Source of the DNA: Clostridia bacterium
GTDB lineage: Bacteria; Bacillota; Clostridia; Monoglobales; Monoglobaceae
Length of the DNA stretch: 24,000 nucleotides
Assembly (NCBI GenBank): GCA_045648565.1
Contig: JAZROF010000064.1
Coordinates: forward strand, 8,969 to 32,968
Direction of reading: 5' to 3'
Under the pieces are notes generated by a model that was not told the origin of the DNA, searched no databases, and saw nothing but the letters and a program-made list of their open reading frames with translations. Position numbers and translations under genes: made by a program. Shown piece after piece: positions 6,352 to 14,239 of this stretch (positions are counted from its first letter, which is position 1; each line of letters starts with the position of its first letter).

Positions 6352-7146
6352 ATGAATATTATAGATTTTCATTCACATATATATCCAGAAAAGATTGCTG
6401 AAAAAGCCGTGGAAAGCGTTGGCGAGTTCTATGGAGTAGATATGGACGGCAAGGGAACGGCAAAGACTCTTTTAAAAGAGGGTAAAAAGTGTGGAGTTAC
6501 AAATTATGTTGTTCACTCTGTTGCCCTTACTGCATCAAGAGTTGAGGCTATAAATGACTATATAGCTTCTGAGTGCAAAGCACATAAAGAGTTCCACGGT
6601 TTCGGGACAATGCACGCAGACTTTGAAAATAAAATTGAAGAAATAGAAAGAGCAAGAAAAATGGGGCTTTTGGGCGTTAAAATCCACCCCGATACCCAGC
6701 TTTTTAATATGGATGATAGGAGAATGTTTGAGCTTTATGACTACCTAAGACAGGAAAATATTCCTCTCCTAATCCACTGCGGAGACTATCGATATGATTA
6801 TTCACACCCAAGACGACTTAAAAAGCTCCTGCGTGAGTTCCCCGGGCTAACGGTTATCGGTGCCCACTTCGGAGGCTGGTCTATGTGTGATTTAGCTTAT
6901 GAATATCTGGCAAAAGAAAACTGCTATGTCGATACATCAAGCTCATTCTGGATGCTTGGGATGAAACGGGCAAAGGAGCTTATAAGACTATACGGAGCCG
7001 AGAGAGTTGTTTTCGGTTCGGACTTTCCTATGTGGAGTGTTTCAGAAGAGCTTGAAAGGTTTTTAAGTATGAAATTAACGGACGAAGAAAACAGTCTGAT
7101 TCTATATAAAAATGCTGAGAAGATTCTTAAAATTAAGGAGTGTTAA
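6352..7146 (+). CDS. Amidohydro_2-type TIM-barrel metal-dependent hydrolase
   Basis: Start chosen at MNIIDFHSHIYPEK, with AGGAGG 5 nt upstream. DFHSH near the N-terminus, IHCGD in the middle and GSDFP near the C-terminus are the metal-ligand pattern of this superfamily. Confidence 0.85.
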   Translation: MNIIDFHSHIYPEKIAEKAVESVGEFYGVDMDGKGTAKTLLKEGKKCGVTNYVVHSVALTASRVEAINDYIASECKAHKEFHGFGTMHADFENKIEEIERARKMGLLGVKIHPDTQLFNMDDRRMFELYDYLRQENIPLLIHCGDYRYDYSHPRRLKKLLREFPGLTVIGAHFGGWSMCDLAYEYLAKENCYVDTSSSFWMLGMKRAKELIRLYGAERVVFGSDFPMWSVSEELERFLSMKLTDEENSLILYKNAEKILKIKEC

Positions 7147-7148
7147 AA

Positions 7149-8564
7149 ATGACTGAGATTTTTATATCTGATATAACTTTAAGAGAAGAAGGAAAGCAGG
7201 GCGGATATGCCTTAAGCTTTAAAGAAAAAATAGAGGTTGCAAAAATTCTTGACAAGATAAATGTGTCTGTTATTGAAACTGCACCTATTAAAAACGGAAA
7301 AACTGATATTTTATATCTTCATTCCGTTGCACCTATTATTAAAAACAGCGTCCTCTCTTGCCCAGTTGGTCTTGACGTTGAGGCGGTAGAGAAAACCTAT
7401 GATGCAATTAAAGATGCAAAGAAACCAAGAATTCATATAATGGTTCCTGTGTCAACTGTCCAGATGGAATATATCTGCAACAAAAAGCCAAAGGCAGTTC
7501 TTGCCCTTTCTGAAGAAGTTATTAAAAAAGCAGTTTCTCTTTGCCCTGATGTTGAGGTTTCCTTAATGGACGCAACAAGAGCGGAAAAGGAATTCCTTTA
7601 TGAAATTATCGAAAAGGTAATTGATTGTGGAGCAAAGACCATAACAATATGCGACAGTGCGGGTGAAATGCTCCCATCTGAGTTTGAAAGCTTTTTAAAG
7701 GATTTATTTGACGCTGTTCCTAAAATGAAAGAAACCCAGGTTTCTGTTGAGTGCAGCGACTCTCTTAATATGGCAGCGGCTTGTGCCCTTTCTTGTATAG
7801 GCAGCGGAGTTACCCAAATTAAGACCTCTGTTGTTTCCCACGAATATCCCCGTCTTAGTGCGGTTGCAAAGGTATTCCGCGAAAAAGGGGACTCTCTCGG
7901 TGTTAAAACAGGAATAAATATGGCTGTTTTAGATAACAGCGTTAAGAAAATTAAGCTTATGACAAGGGGCGGAAATTCATATACACCGTTTGATAACGGA
8001 ACAAATACTACTGCCGAAAATATTGAGCTTTCTTCAAACGATGATATAGCATCAGTTAAACTTGCAGTTAAAAAGCTTGGCTATGACTTATCTGAAGAGG
8101 ATAATGCCAAGGTTTTTGATGAAGTTGTTAAGGCTTCAAAGAATAAAAAAGTTGGCTCAAAGGAGCTTGATGCAATCGTAGCCTCAGTTGCTATGCAGGT
8201 TATCCCTACATATAAGCTTAAGAGCTATGTTATAAACAACGGAAACATAATTACCCCAACCGCTCATATTGAGCTTGAAAGAGACGGGGAAGTGCTTCAG
8301 GGCTTTTGCATTGGGGACGGTCCTATTGATGCGGCGTTCCTTGCAATTGAGCAGATAACAGGCCACCACTTTGAGCTTGATGATTTTCAGGTTCAGGCTG
8401 TAACCGAGGGCCGTGGCGCTATGGGCTCAAGCATTGTAAAACTTCGCCACAACGGAAAGCCATTTTCCGGAAAAGGTATTTCAACTGATATTATCGGGGC
8501 AAGTATCAATGCTTATATAAACGCCCTTAACAAGATTTGCTTTGAAGAGGAGGATGAGAGATGA
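7149..8564 (+). CDS. 2-isopropylmalate synthase homolog with a degenerate catalytic domain and an intact LeuA-type C-terminal regulatory domain (probable pseudoenzyme)
   Basis: Collinear with LeuA over its full length. Three catalytic motifs are changed: LRDGEQ becomes LREEGKQ (7179-7199), HxHxD becomes ECSDS (7749-7763), and GERAGN becomes SHEYPRL. The C-terminal GDGPIDAAFLAIEQITG ... QAVTEGRGAMGSSIVKL...GKGISTDIIGASINAYINALNKI is well conserved. Start at the ATG at 7149, with AAGGAG 9 nt upstream. Confidence 0.8.
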   Translation: MTEIFISDITLREEGKQGGYALSFKEKIEVAKILDKINVSVIETAPIKNGKTDILYLHSVAPIIKNSVLSCPVGLDVEAVEKTYDAIKDAKKPRIHIMVPVSTVQMEYICNKKPKAVLALSEEVIKKAVSLCPDVEVSLMDATRAEKEFLYEIIEKVIDCGAKTITICDSAGEMLPSEFESFLKDLFDAVPKMKETQVSVECSDSLNMAAACALSCIGSGVTQIKTSVVSHEYPRLSAVAKVFREKGDSLGVKTGINMAVLDNSVKKIKLMTRGGNSYTPFDNGTNTTAENIELSSNDDIASVKLAVKKLGYDLSEEDNAKVFDEVVKASKNKKVGSKELDAIVASVAMQVIPTYKLKSYVINNGNIITPTAHIELERDGEVLQGFCIGDGPIDAAFLAIEQITGHHFELDDFQVQAVTEGRGAMGSSIVKLRHNGKPFSGKGISTDIIGASINAYINALNKICFEEEDER

Positions 8565-11023
8565 AATTATCCTTTTCCACAAACAAGTGGAACGATATAA
8601 CCCTTTCAGAGTTTTTCGACTTAGCAGGGGAATATAAGTTTGACGGAATAGAAATCCATGATGTTTCAAAGCTTAAAGAGGCGGATTTGAAAGACGCTCC
8701 TTGGCGAATGATAGAAAGCGGAATAAAAATTTCCTGTATCGACATGGTAAAGGATATTTCCAAAGAAAGGGATGAGGCAAAAAAAGAGCTTATAAGATGC
8801 CTTGAAGTTGCCGAAATTCTTAAAGCACCTTACATAAGACTTAAAGCTCTTTTAGAAGAAGGGGTTGAGGAGTTTTTAAGAGAGAACCTTTCTCTTGCAG
8901 AAGAAAAGGGAGTGGTTTTGCTTATTGAAACCGCAGGGGTTTATGCAGATACAGAAAAGCTCCGTGACCTTTTGACAAACTTTGCAAGTGATACTTTGGC
9001 GGCTTTATGGGATGTCCACTATCCATATAGAATGCATGGGGAAACTCCTGAAAAGTCAATTACAAATTTAGGCGCTTATGTAAAGCATATTCATATAAAG
9101 GACTCTGAAAGTCTTGAAACAAAAAGCCTTGTGGGCGAGGGCAACCTCCCTATCAATCAGTTTATGGAGGCCCTTAGAAGCGTAAACTATGACGGATTTT
9201 TCTCAATTGAGTGGAATCCTATTTGGGACGAAGAGATAAGCGAGGTTGATATAATATTTCCACACTTCGTAAGCTTTATGTCAAGATATAAAGGCTTATC
9301 AAGAGGAAAATCTGCTCTGTATGACAATAAAACAAAGACGGGAAAGTTTCCCTGGAAGAAAGATGCTCTTATTGAGAAAACCTTTTCTCAGGTTCTTGAT
9401 AAAATGGTTGAGGAATTCCCTGACCAATACGCATTTAAATATACAACTCTTGATTACACAAGAACATATTCACAGTTTCGGGACGATGTTGACACCTTTG
9501 CAAGAAGCTTAATGGCTATGGGTGTCCGCCCCGGGCACCACGTTGCAGTATGGGCAACAAATGTTCCTCAGTGGTACATAGCTTTCTGGGCGACAACAAA
9601 AATCGGAGCGGTTTTGGTTACAATGAACACCGCTTATAAAATCCACGAGGCAGAGTATCTTTTAAAGCAATCCGACACTCATACCCTTATTATGATTGAG
9701 GGGTATCGTGATTCCGATTATTCAGGAATTATTGCTGAGCTTTGTCCTGAACTTGAAAACACAAAAGAGGGAGAGCCTCTCCACGCAAAGAGACTTCCGT
9801 TCCTTCGAAATGTTATAACAGTGGGCTTTAAGCAAAAGGGCTGCACAACATGGGAAGAGGCAATTGATAAAGCGGACAGCGTTCCTCTTGATGAGGTTTT
9901 AAGAGTTGCATCAAAGGTTAATGTAAACGATGTCTGCAATATGCAGTATACATCAGGAACAACAGGCTTTCCGAAAGGGGTTATGCTTACCCACTATAAT
10001 ATAGTCAATAACGGTAAGTGTATCGGCGACAGAATGGATTTATCCACGGCAGACAGAATGATGATTCAGGTGCCAATGTTCCATTGTTTCGGTATGGTTC
10101 TTGCTATGACCGCAACAATGACTCACGGGGGAACACTCCTCCCACTTCCTTATTATTCTCCAAAGCCTGCCCTCTCTTGCGTAAATCAGGAGAGAATAAC
10201 CTGTTTCCACGGCGTTCCAACAATGTTTATTGCAATGCTTGAGCACCCTGATTTTGAAAAGACTGACTTTTCTTATATGAGAACGGGTATTATGGCTGGT
10301 TCTCCTTGTCCTGAGGCTATTATGAATCAGGTTGTTGAGAAAATGAATATGAAGGAAATCACAATTGTTTATGGCCAGACAGAAGCGTCTCCGGGTTGCA
10401 CAATGAGCAGTACGGACGACAGCATTGAAGTCAGAGTTACAACTGTTGGAAGAGCGCTCCCTGAAATTCAGTGTAAGATTGTTGACCCTGAAACCGGGGA
10501 AGACCTTCCTGATAATGTTACGGGCGAATTTGTTGCCAAAGGCTATAACATTATGAAAGGCTATTATAAAATGCCAGAGGCTACTGCGGCGGCAATTGAT
10601 AAAGACGGCTGGCTCCATACAGGAGACCTTGCACTTCGCACACCTGAGGGAAATTATAAGATAACAGGCAGACTTAAAGATATGATTATCCGTGGTGGAG
10701 AAAATATTTATCCGAAAGAAATTGAGGAATTTATTTATACCCACGAAAAAGTCAAGGATGTTCAGGTTATCGGTATTCCTGATGAGCAGTACGGCGAAGA
10801 AATTATGGCTGTTATAATCTTAAAAGACGGGGAAGAAATGACAGTTGATGAAATGAAAGATTATATAAGAGCGCATATGGCAAAGCATAAGTGCCCGAGA
10901 TATATTGATTTTGTCCAAGAATTCCCAATGAATGCGGCGGGCAAAATTCTTAAATATAAGATGCGTGAAGACGCGGCAAAGAAACTTAATATCAAGAAAG
11001 TTGACGGCATTGTTGCCGACTAG
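8561..11023 (+). CDS. Fusion protein: N-terminal xylose-isomerase-like TIM barrel (sugar-phosphate isomerase/epimerase fold, about aa 1-250) plus C-terminal AMP-forming acyl-CoA ligase (about aa 265-820)
   Basis: The N-terminus (LSFSTNKW..FDGIEIH...IRLKA...LLIET...HIHIKD...FSIEW) has the AP_endonuc_2/TIM pattern. The C-terminus has YTSGTTGFPKGVMLTH, YGQTE, GWLHTGD, RLKDMIIRGGENIYP and GKILK. It is a single uninterrupted frame, and its ATG overlaps the upstream stop (ATGA). Confidence 0.85.
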   Translation: MKLSFSTNKWNDITLSEFFDLAGEYKFDGIEIHDVSKLKEADLKDAPWRMIESGIKISCIDMVKDISKERDEAKKELIRCLEVAEILKAPYIRLKALLEEGVEEFLRENLSLAEEKGVVLLIETAGVYADTEKLRDLLTNFASDTLAALWDVHYPYRMHGETPEKSITNLGAYVKHIHIKDSESLETKSLVGEGNLPINQFMEALRSVNYDGFFSIEWNPIWDEEISEVDIIFPHFVSFMSRYKGLSRGKSALYDNKTKTGKFPWKKDALIEKTFSQVLDKMVEEFPDQYAFKYTTLDYTRTYSQFRDDVDTFARSLMAMGVRPGHHVAVWATNVPQWYIAFWATTKIGAVLVTMNTAYKIHEAEYLLKQSDTHTLIMIEGYRDSDYSGIIAELCPELENTKEGEPLHAKRLPFLRNVITVGFKQKGCTTWEEAIDKADSVPLDEVLRVASKVNVNDVCNMQYTSGTTGFPKGVMLTHYNIVNNGKCIGDRMDLSTADRMMIQVPMFHCFGMVLAMTATMTHGGTLLPLPYYSPKPALSCVNQERITCFHGVPTMFIAMLEHPDFEKTDFSYMRTGIMAGSPCPEAIMNQVVEKMNMKEITIVYGQTEASPGCTMSSTDDSIEVRVTTVGRALPEIQCKIVDPETGEDLPDNVTGEFVAKGYNIMKGYYKMPEATAAAIDKDGWLHTGDLALRTPEGNYKITGRLKDMIIRGGENIYPKEIEEFIYTHEKVKDVQVIGIPDEQYGEEIMAVIILKDGEEMTVDEMKDYIRAHMAKHKCPRYIDFVQEFPMNAAGKILKYKMREDAAKKLNIKKVDGIVAD

Positions 11024-11037
11024 AAAGGATGATAGAT

Positions 11038-12096
11038 ATGGAAATTAAAATTACAAAAACAACTACTCCGAAAGCAAAGCCAACAGGCAAACTTGGATTT
11101 GGTAAGGTTTTCACAGACCATATGTTCGTTATGAACTACACAGAGGGAAAGGGCTGGCACGATGCAAGAATCGTTCCTTATGATAAGATTACCCTTGACC
11201 CATCCGCTATGGTTTTCCATTACGGTCAGGAAATGTTTGAAGGCCTTAAGGCTTATATGGGAAAAGACGGTAAGGCAAGACTCTTCCGTCCTGATATGAA
11301 CGCAAAAAGAACAAACGCAACAAATAAGAGACTCTGCATTCCACAGCTTCCTGAGGAAGACTTTGTTGAGGCAGTTCGAGCAGTTGTTGAGGTTGATAAA
11401 GACTGGATTCCGACAGAAGACGGAACATCACTTTATATCAGACCATTCATTATTGCAACTGACGAATTTTTAGGGGTTGCCCCATCTAAGACATATCTTT
11501 TTATTATAATTCTTTCTCCAAGCGGTGCTTACTATGAAAGCGGTCTTGCTCCGGTTGGAATCTGGATTGAAGATGACTATGTTCGAGCTGTTAAGGGCGG
11601 TATCGGTTTTGCGAAAACTGGCGGAAACTATGCGGCATCACTCGCTGCTCAGGTTAAGGCTCATGACGACGGCTATTCTCAGGTTCTCTGGCTTGACGGC
11701 GTTGAGAGAAAGTATATTGAAGAAGTTGGCGCAATGAACATTTTCTTTAAGATTGACGGAAAAATCGTAACTCCTATGCTCAGCGGAAGTATCCTCCCTG
11801 GTATAACAAGAGATTCTGTTTTGGCTCTTTGCCGTCAGTGGGGTATGGAAGTTGAAGAAAGAAAGATAAGCGTTGATGAGCTTATTGAGGCTCAGAAGAG
11901 CGGCAGACTTGAAGAATGCTTCGGAACAGGCACAGCGGCAGTTATTTCTCCTGTTGGTAAGCTTCGCTATAAAGACGATGTTATGCTTATAAACAATAAC
12001 GAAATCGGCGAAGTAAGTCAGAAGCTCTATGATACAATAACAGGTATCCAGTGGGGCAAGATTGAGGACGAAAATAAATGGACATTAATGGTTTAA
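11038..12096 (+). CDS. ilvE: Branched-chain amino acid aminotransferase
   Basis: GFGKVFTDHMF, FHYGQEMFEGLKAY, LYIRPF, GGNYAASL and GITRDS are class-IV BCAT signatures. Start placed at the ATG at 11038 (RBS AAAGGA 8 nt upstream); the in-frame ATG at 11029 remains possible. Confidence 0.92.
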   Translation: MEIKITKTTTPKAKPTGKLGFGKVFTDHMFVMNYTEGKGWHDARIVPYDKITLDPSAMVFHYGQEMFEGLKAYMGKDGKARLFRPDMNAKRTNATNKRLCIPQLPEEDFVEAVRAVVEVDKDWIPTEDGTSLYIRPFIIATDEFLGVAPSKTYLFIIILSPSGAYYESGLAPVGIWIEDDYVRAVKGGIGFAKTGGNYAASLAAQVKAHDDGYSQVLWLDGVERKYIEEVGAMNIFFKIDGKIVTPMLSGSILPGITRDSVLALCRQWGMEVEERKISVDELIEAQKSGRLEECFGTGTAAVISPVGKLRYKDDVMLINNNEIGEVSQKLYDTITGIQWGKIEDENKWTLMV

Positions 12097-12773
12097 ACCC
12101 TAAAAGAATAACGGTTTTTGCAGGGCATTACGGAAGCGGAAAGACCAATATCGCAATAAATTATGCGTTAATGCTTTCCAAGAACAGCGATAAGGTTTCA
12201 ATTGCGGACCTTGATATTGTTAATCCGTATTTTCGGACAAAGGATTCGGCAAAGGCTCTTTCGGAGGCGGGAGTTAAGCTTATCTCCTCCGAATATGCAA
12301 ACACCAATGTTGACACTCCTGCTCTTCCTGCCGAGATTTATTCGGTTTTCGAGGATAAAAGTCAAACGGCGGTAATCGATGTTGGTGGGGATGACAGAGG
12401 TGCCCTTGCCCTCGGTAGATATGTTCCCTTTATGGAAGAAGAGGGGAATTATGAAATGCTCTTTGTTATAAACAAGCATAGATTTTTAACAGGGGATGCC
12501 GAAAGAACCATTGAGATTATGAAAGAAATTGAGAGTGCGGCAAAATTCGCATTCACGGGGATTGTCAATAACTCTAATATTGGAGAAGAAACAACAGCCC
12601 AAACAGTTTTAAACTCGGTTTCTTATGCAAAGGAGGTTTCGGCGCTGTCCGGACTTCCGATTAAAATGACAACTGTTAAAAGCTCCCTTTATGACGAGCT
12701 TAACGGCAAAATAGAAAACACTATGCCACTTGACCTTTATGTCCGGCAATCGTGGCTTAAAAACAAGGAATAA
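12078..12773 (+). CDS. P-loop NTPase (SIMIBI-class, MinD/GPN-like), cysteine-free
   Basis: Walker A GHYGSGKT, DLDIVNPYF, Walker B/G3-like AVIDVGGDD, and NKHR. The start overlaps the ilvE 3' end by 19 nt, with GAGGA 7 nt upstream. Confidence 0.75.
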   Translation: MDINGLNPKRITVFAGHYGSGKTNIAINYALMLSKNSDKVSIADLDIVNPYFRTKDSAKALSEAGVKLISSEYANTNVDTPALPAEIYSVFEDKSQTAVIDVGGDDRGALALGRYVPFMEEEGNYEMLFVINKHRFLTGDAERTIEIMKEIESAAKFAFTGIVNNSNIGEETTAQTVLNSVSYAKEVSALSGLPIKMTTVKSSLYDELNGKIENTMPLDLYVRQSWLKNKE

Positions 12774-12822
12774 AATAATGCTTATGGGGGTCATTCCCCG
12801 GCGGCTTAAGGAGGAAAAATAA

Positions 12823-13026
12823 ATGGCAAAGGTTACATTTAATGAAAATTTGTGTAAGGGTTGCGGACTTTGCGTAACTGCTTGTCCAAAGCATATTGTA
12901 GCACTTAAAGACACATTAAACGCAAAAGGCTATAGCCCGGCAGGGGTTACAGACCCTGAGGCTTGTATTGGTTGTGCGTTTTGCGCGACGATGTGCCCCG
13001 ACTGCGTTATAACAGTAGAAAAATAG
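12823..13026 (+). CDS. 2-oxoacid:ferredoxin oxidoreductase delta subunit (2x[4Fe-4S] ferredoxin)
   Basis: 67 aa with two motifs, CKGCGLCVTACP and CIGCAFCATMCP. RBS AAGGAGG. Confidence 0.9.
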   Translation: MAKVTFNENLCKGCGLCVTACPKHIVALKDTLNAKGYSPAGVTDPEACIGCAFCATMCPDCVITVEK

Positions 13027-13029
13027 GCT

Positions 13030-13124
13030 AAATTTTCCCTGAACACTTCGTTTTAAGCAAAACAAACCTCTCGCAGTATAAACGATACAGCTTCGGATTT
13101 GATTTGCTTAATCAGGAAAAATTT
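13030..13124 (+). other. Long imperfect intercistronic hairpin (about 95 nt) between the delta and alpha subunit genes
   Basis: AAATTTTCCCTGA (13030-13042) pairs with TCAGGAAAAATTT (13112-13124) at 12 of 13 positions. TTAAGCAAA (13053-13061) pairs with TTTGCTTAA (13103-13111) at 9 of 9. CAAACC (13063-13068) pairs with GGATTTG (13095-13101) with one bulge. There is a 10-nt bulge at 13043-13052. Confidence 0.4.
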
Positions 13125-13171
13125 CCCACTATTTTTGGAATAGCGAGATTTTCATAGAAAGGAAGAATAAA

Positions 13172-14239
13172 ATGAGTGAAAAAGTTTTAATGAAAGGTAA
13201 CGAAGCTTTGGCAGAAGCCGCTATTATGGCAGGTTGTCGTCATTACTTCGGTTATCCGATAACACCGCAGACAGAAGTTGCGGCATATATGTCAAAAAGA
13301 CTCCCTAAAATTGAGGGCGGAGTATTTTTGCAGGCAGAAAGTGAAGTTGCAGCCATCAATATGGTTATGGGCGTTGCTGCAACAGGTAAGAGGGTTATGA
13401 CATCCTCTTCAAGCCCGGGTATATCTTTAAAGAGTGAGGGTATTTCCTATATTGCAGGATGCGACCTCCCGGCGTTAATCGTTAATGTTCAGCGTGGCGG
13501 CCCAGGTCTTGGGGGTATCCAGCCAAGCCAGTCTGACTATACTCAGGCAACAAAAGGCCCTGGCCACGGGGATTTCAGACTTATCGTTTTAGCTCCTGCA
13601 TCAGTTCAGGAAATGGTTGATATGACAGTTAAGGGCTTTGACCTTGCTGATAAGTATCAGATGCCTGTTATGCTTTTATCTGACGGAACAATGGGCCAGA
13701 TGATGGAGCCTGTTTCTCTTGATATAAGCGAAGTTAAGACATACGAAAAGCCTTGGGCAGTGAATGGAACAAAGGGTGAGAGAAAGCCAAATATCGTAAA
13801 CTCTCTCTACTTAAAGCCTGACGAACTTGAAAAGGTTAACTTTGAAAGATATGAGCGCTATGCTAAAATCGAAGCAGAAGAAGCTCTTTGGGAAGAATAT
13901 AGGATGGATGACGCCGAAGTTTGTATTGTTGCATTCGGTGTTGCCGCAAGAGTTTCTCAGAACGCAATCGACAGAGCAAGAGAAAAGGGCATTAAGGTTG
14001 GTATGATAAGACCGATTACTCTTTGGCCATTCCCGAAAGAAGCACTTAAAAAGGCAAGTGAAAAGGTTAACAAGTTTATCTCTGTTGAGCTTAATATGGG
14101 CCAGATGATAGACGATATCCGTCTTGCAATTGAATGCAAAAAGGAAGTTCTCCTCTGCAACCGCACAGGCGGTATGATTCCGACAGTTGAGAATGTTCTT
14201 TCAAAAATTGACGAAGCTATAGAAGGAGGCAGAAAATAA
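13172..14239 (+). CDS. vorB: 2-oxoacid:ferredoxin oxidoreductase alpha subunit (VorB/KorA type)
   Basis: KGNEALAEAAIMAGCRHYFGYPITPQTE, LQAESEVAAINMV and GPGLG. The roughly 355-aa alpha subunit of four-subunit OFORs closely resembles the archaeal VorB-type sequence as I remember it. Substrate specificity is not provable by eye. Confidence 0.85.
   Translation: MSEKVLMKGNEALAEAAIMAGCRHYFGYPITPQTEVAAYMSKRLPKIEGGVFLQAESEVAAINMVMGVAATGKRVMTSSSSPGISLKSEGISYIAGCDLPALIVNVQRGGPGLGGIQPSQSDYTQATKGPGHGDFRLIVLAPASVQEMVDMTVKGFDLADKYQMPVMLLSDGTMGQMMEPVSLDISEVKTYEKPWAVNGTKGERKPNIVNSLYLKPDELEKVNFERYERYAKIEAEEALWEEYRMDDAEVCIVAFGVAARVSQNAIDRAREKGIKVGMIRPITLWPFPKEALKKASEKVNKFISVELNMGQMIDDIRLAIECKKEVLLCNRTGGMIPTVENVLSKIDEAIEGGRK

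Noticed and set aside
10040-10744. 234-aa minus-strand ORF
   Set aside because: It lies entirely antisense to the AMP-ligase domain, which has unmistakable motifs on the + strand. The translation is Cys/Arg/Asn-rich and low-complexity with no RBS, so it is an antisense shadow ORF.
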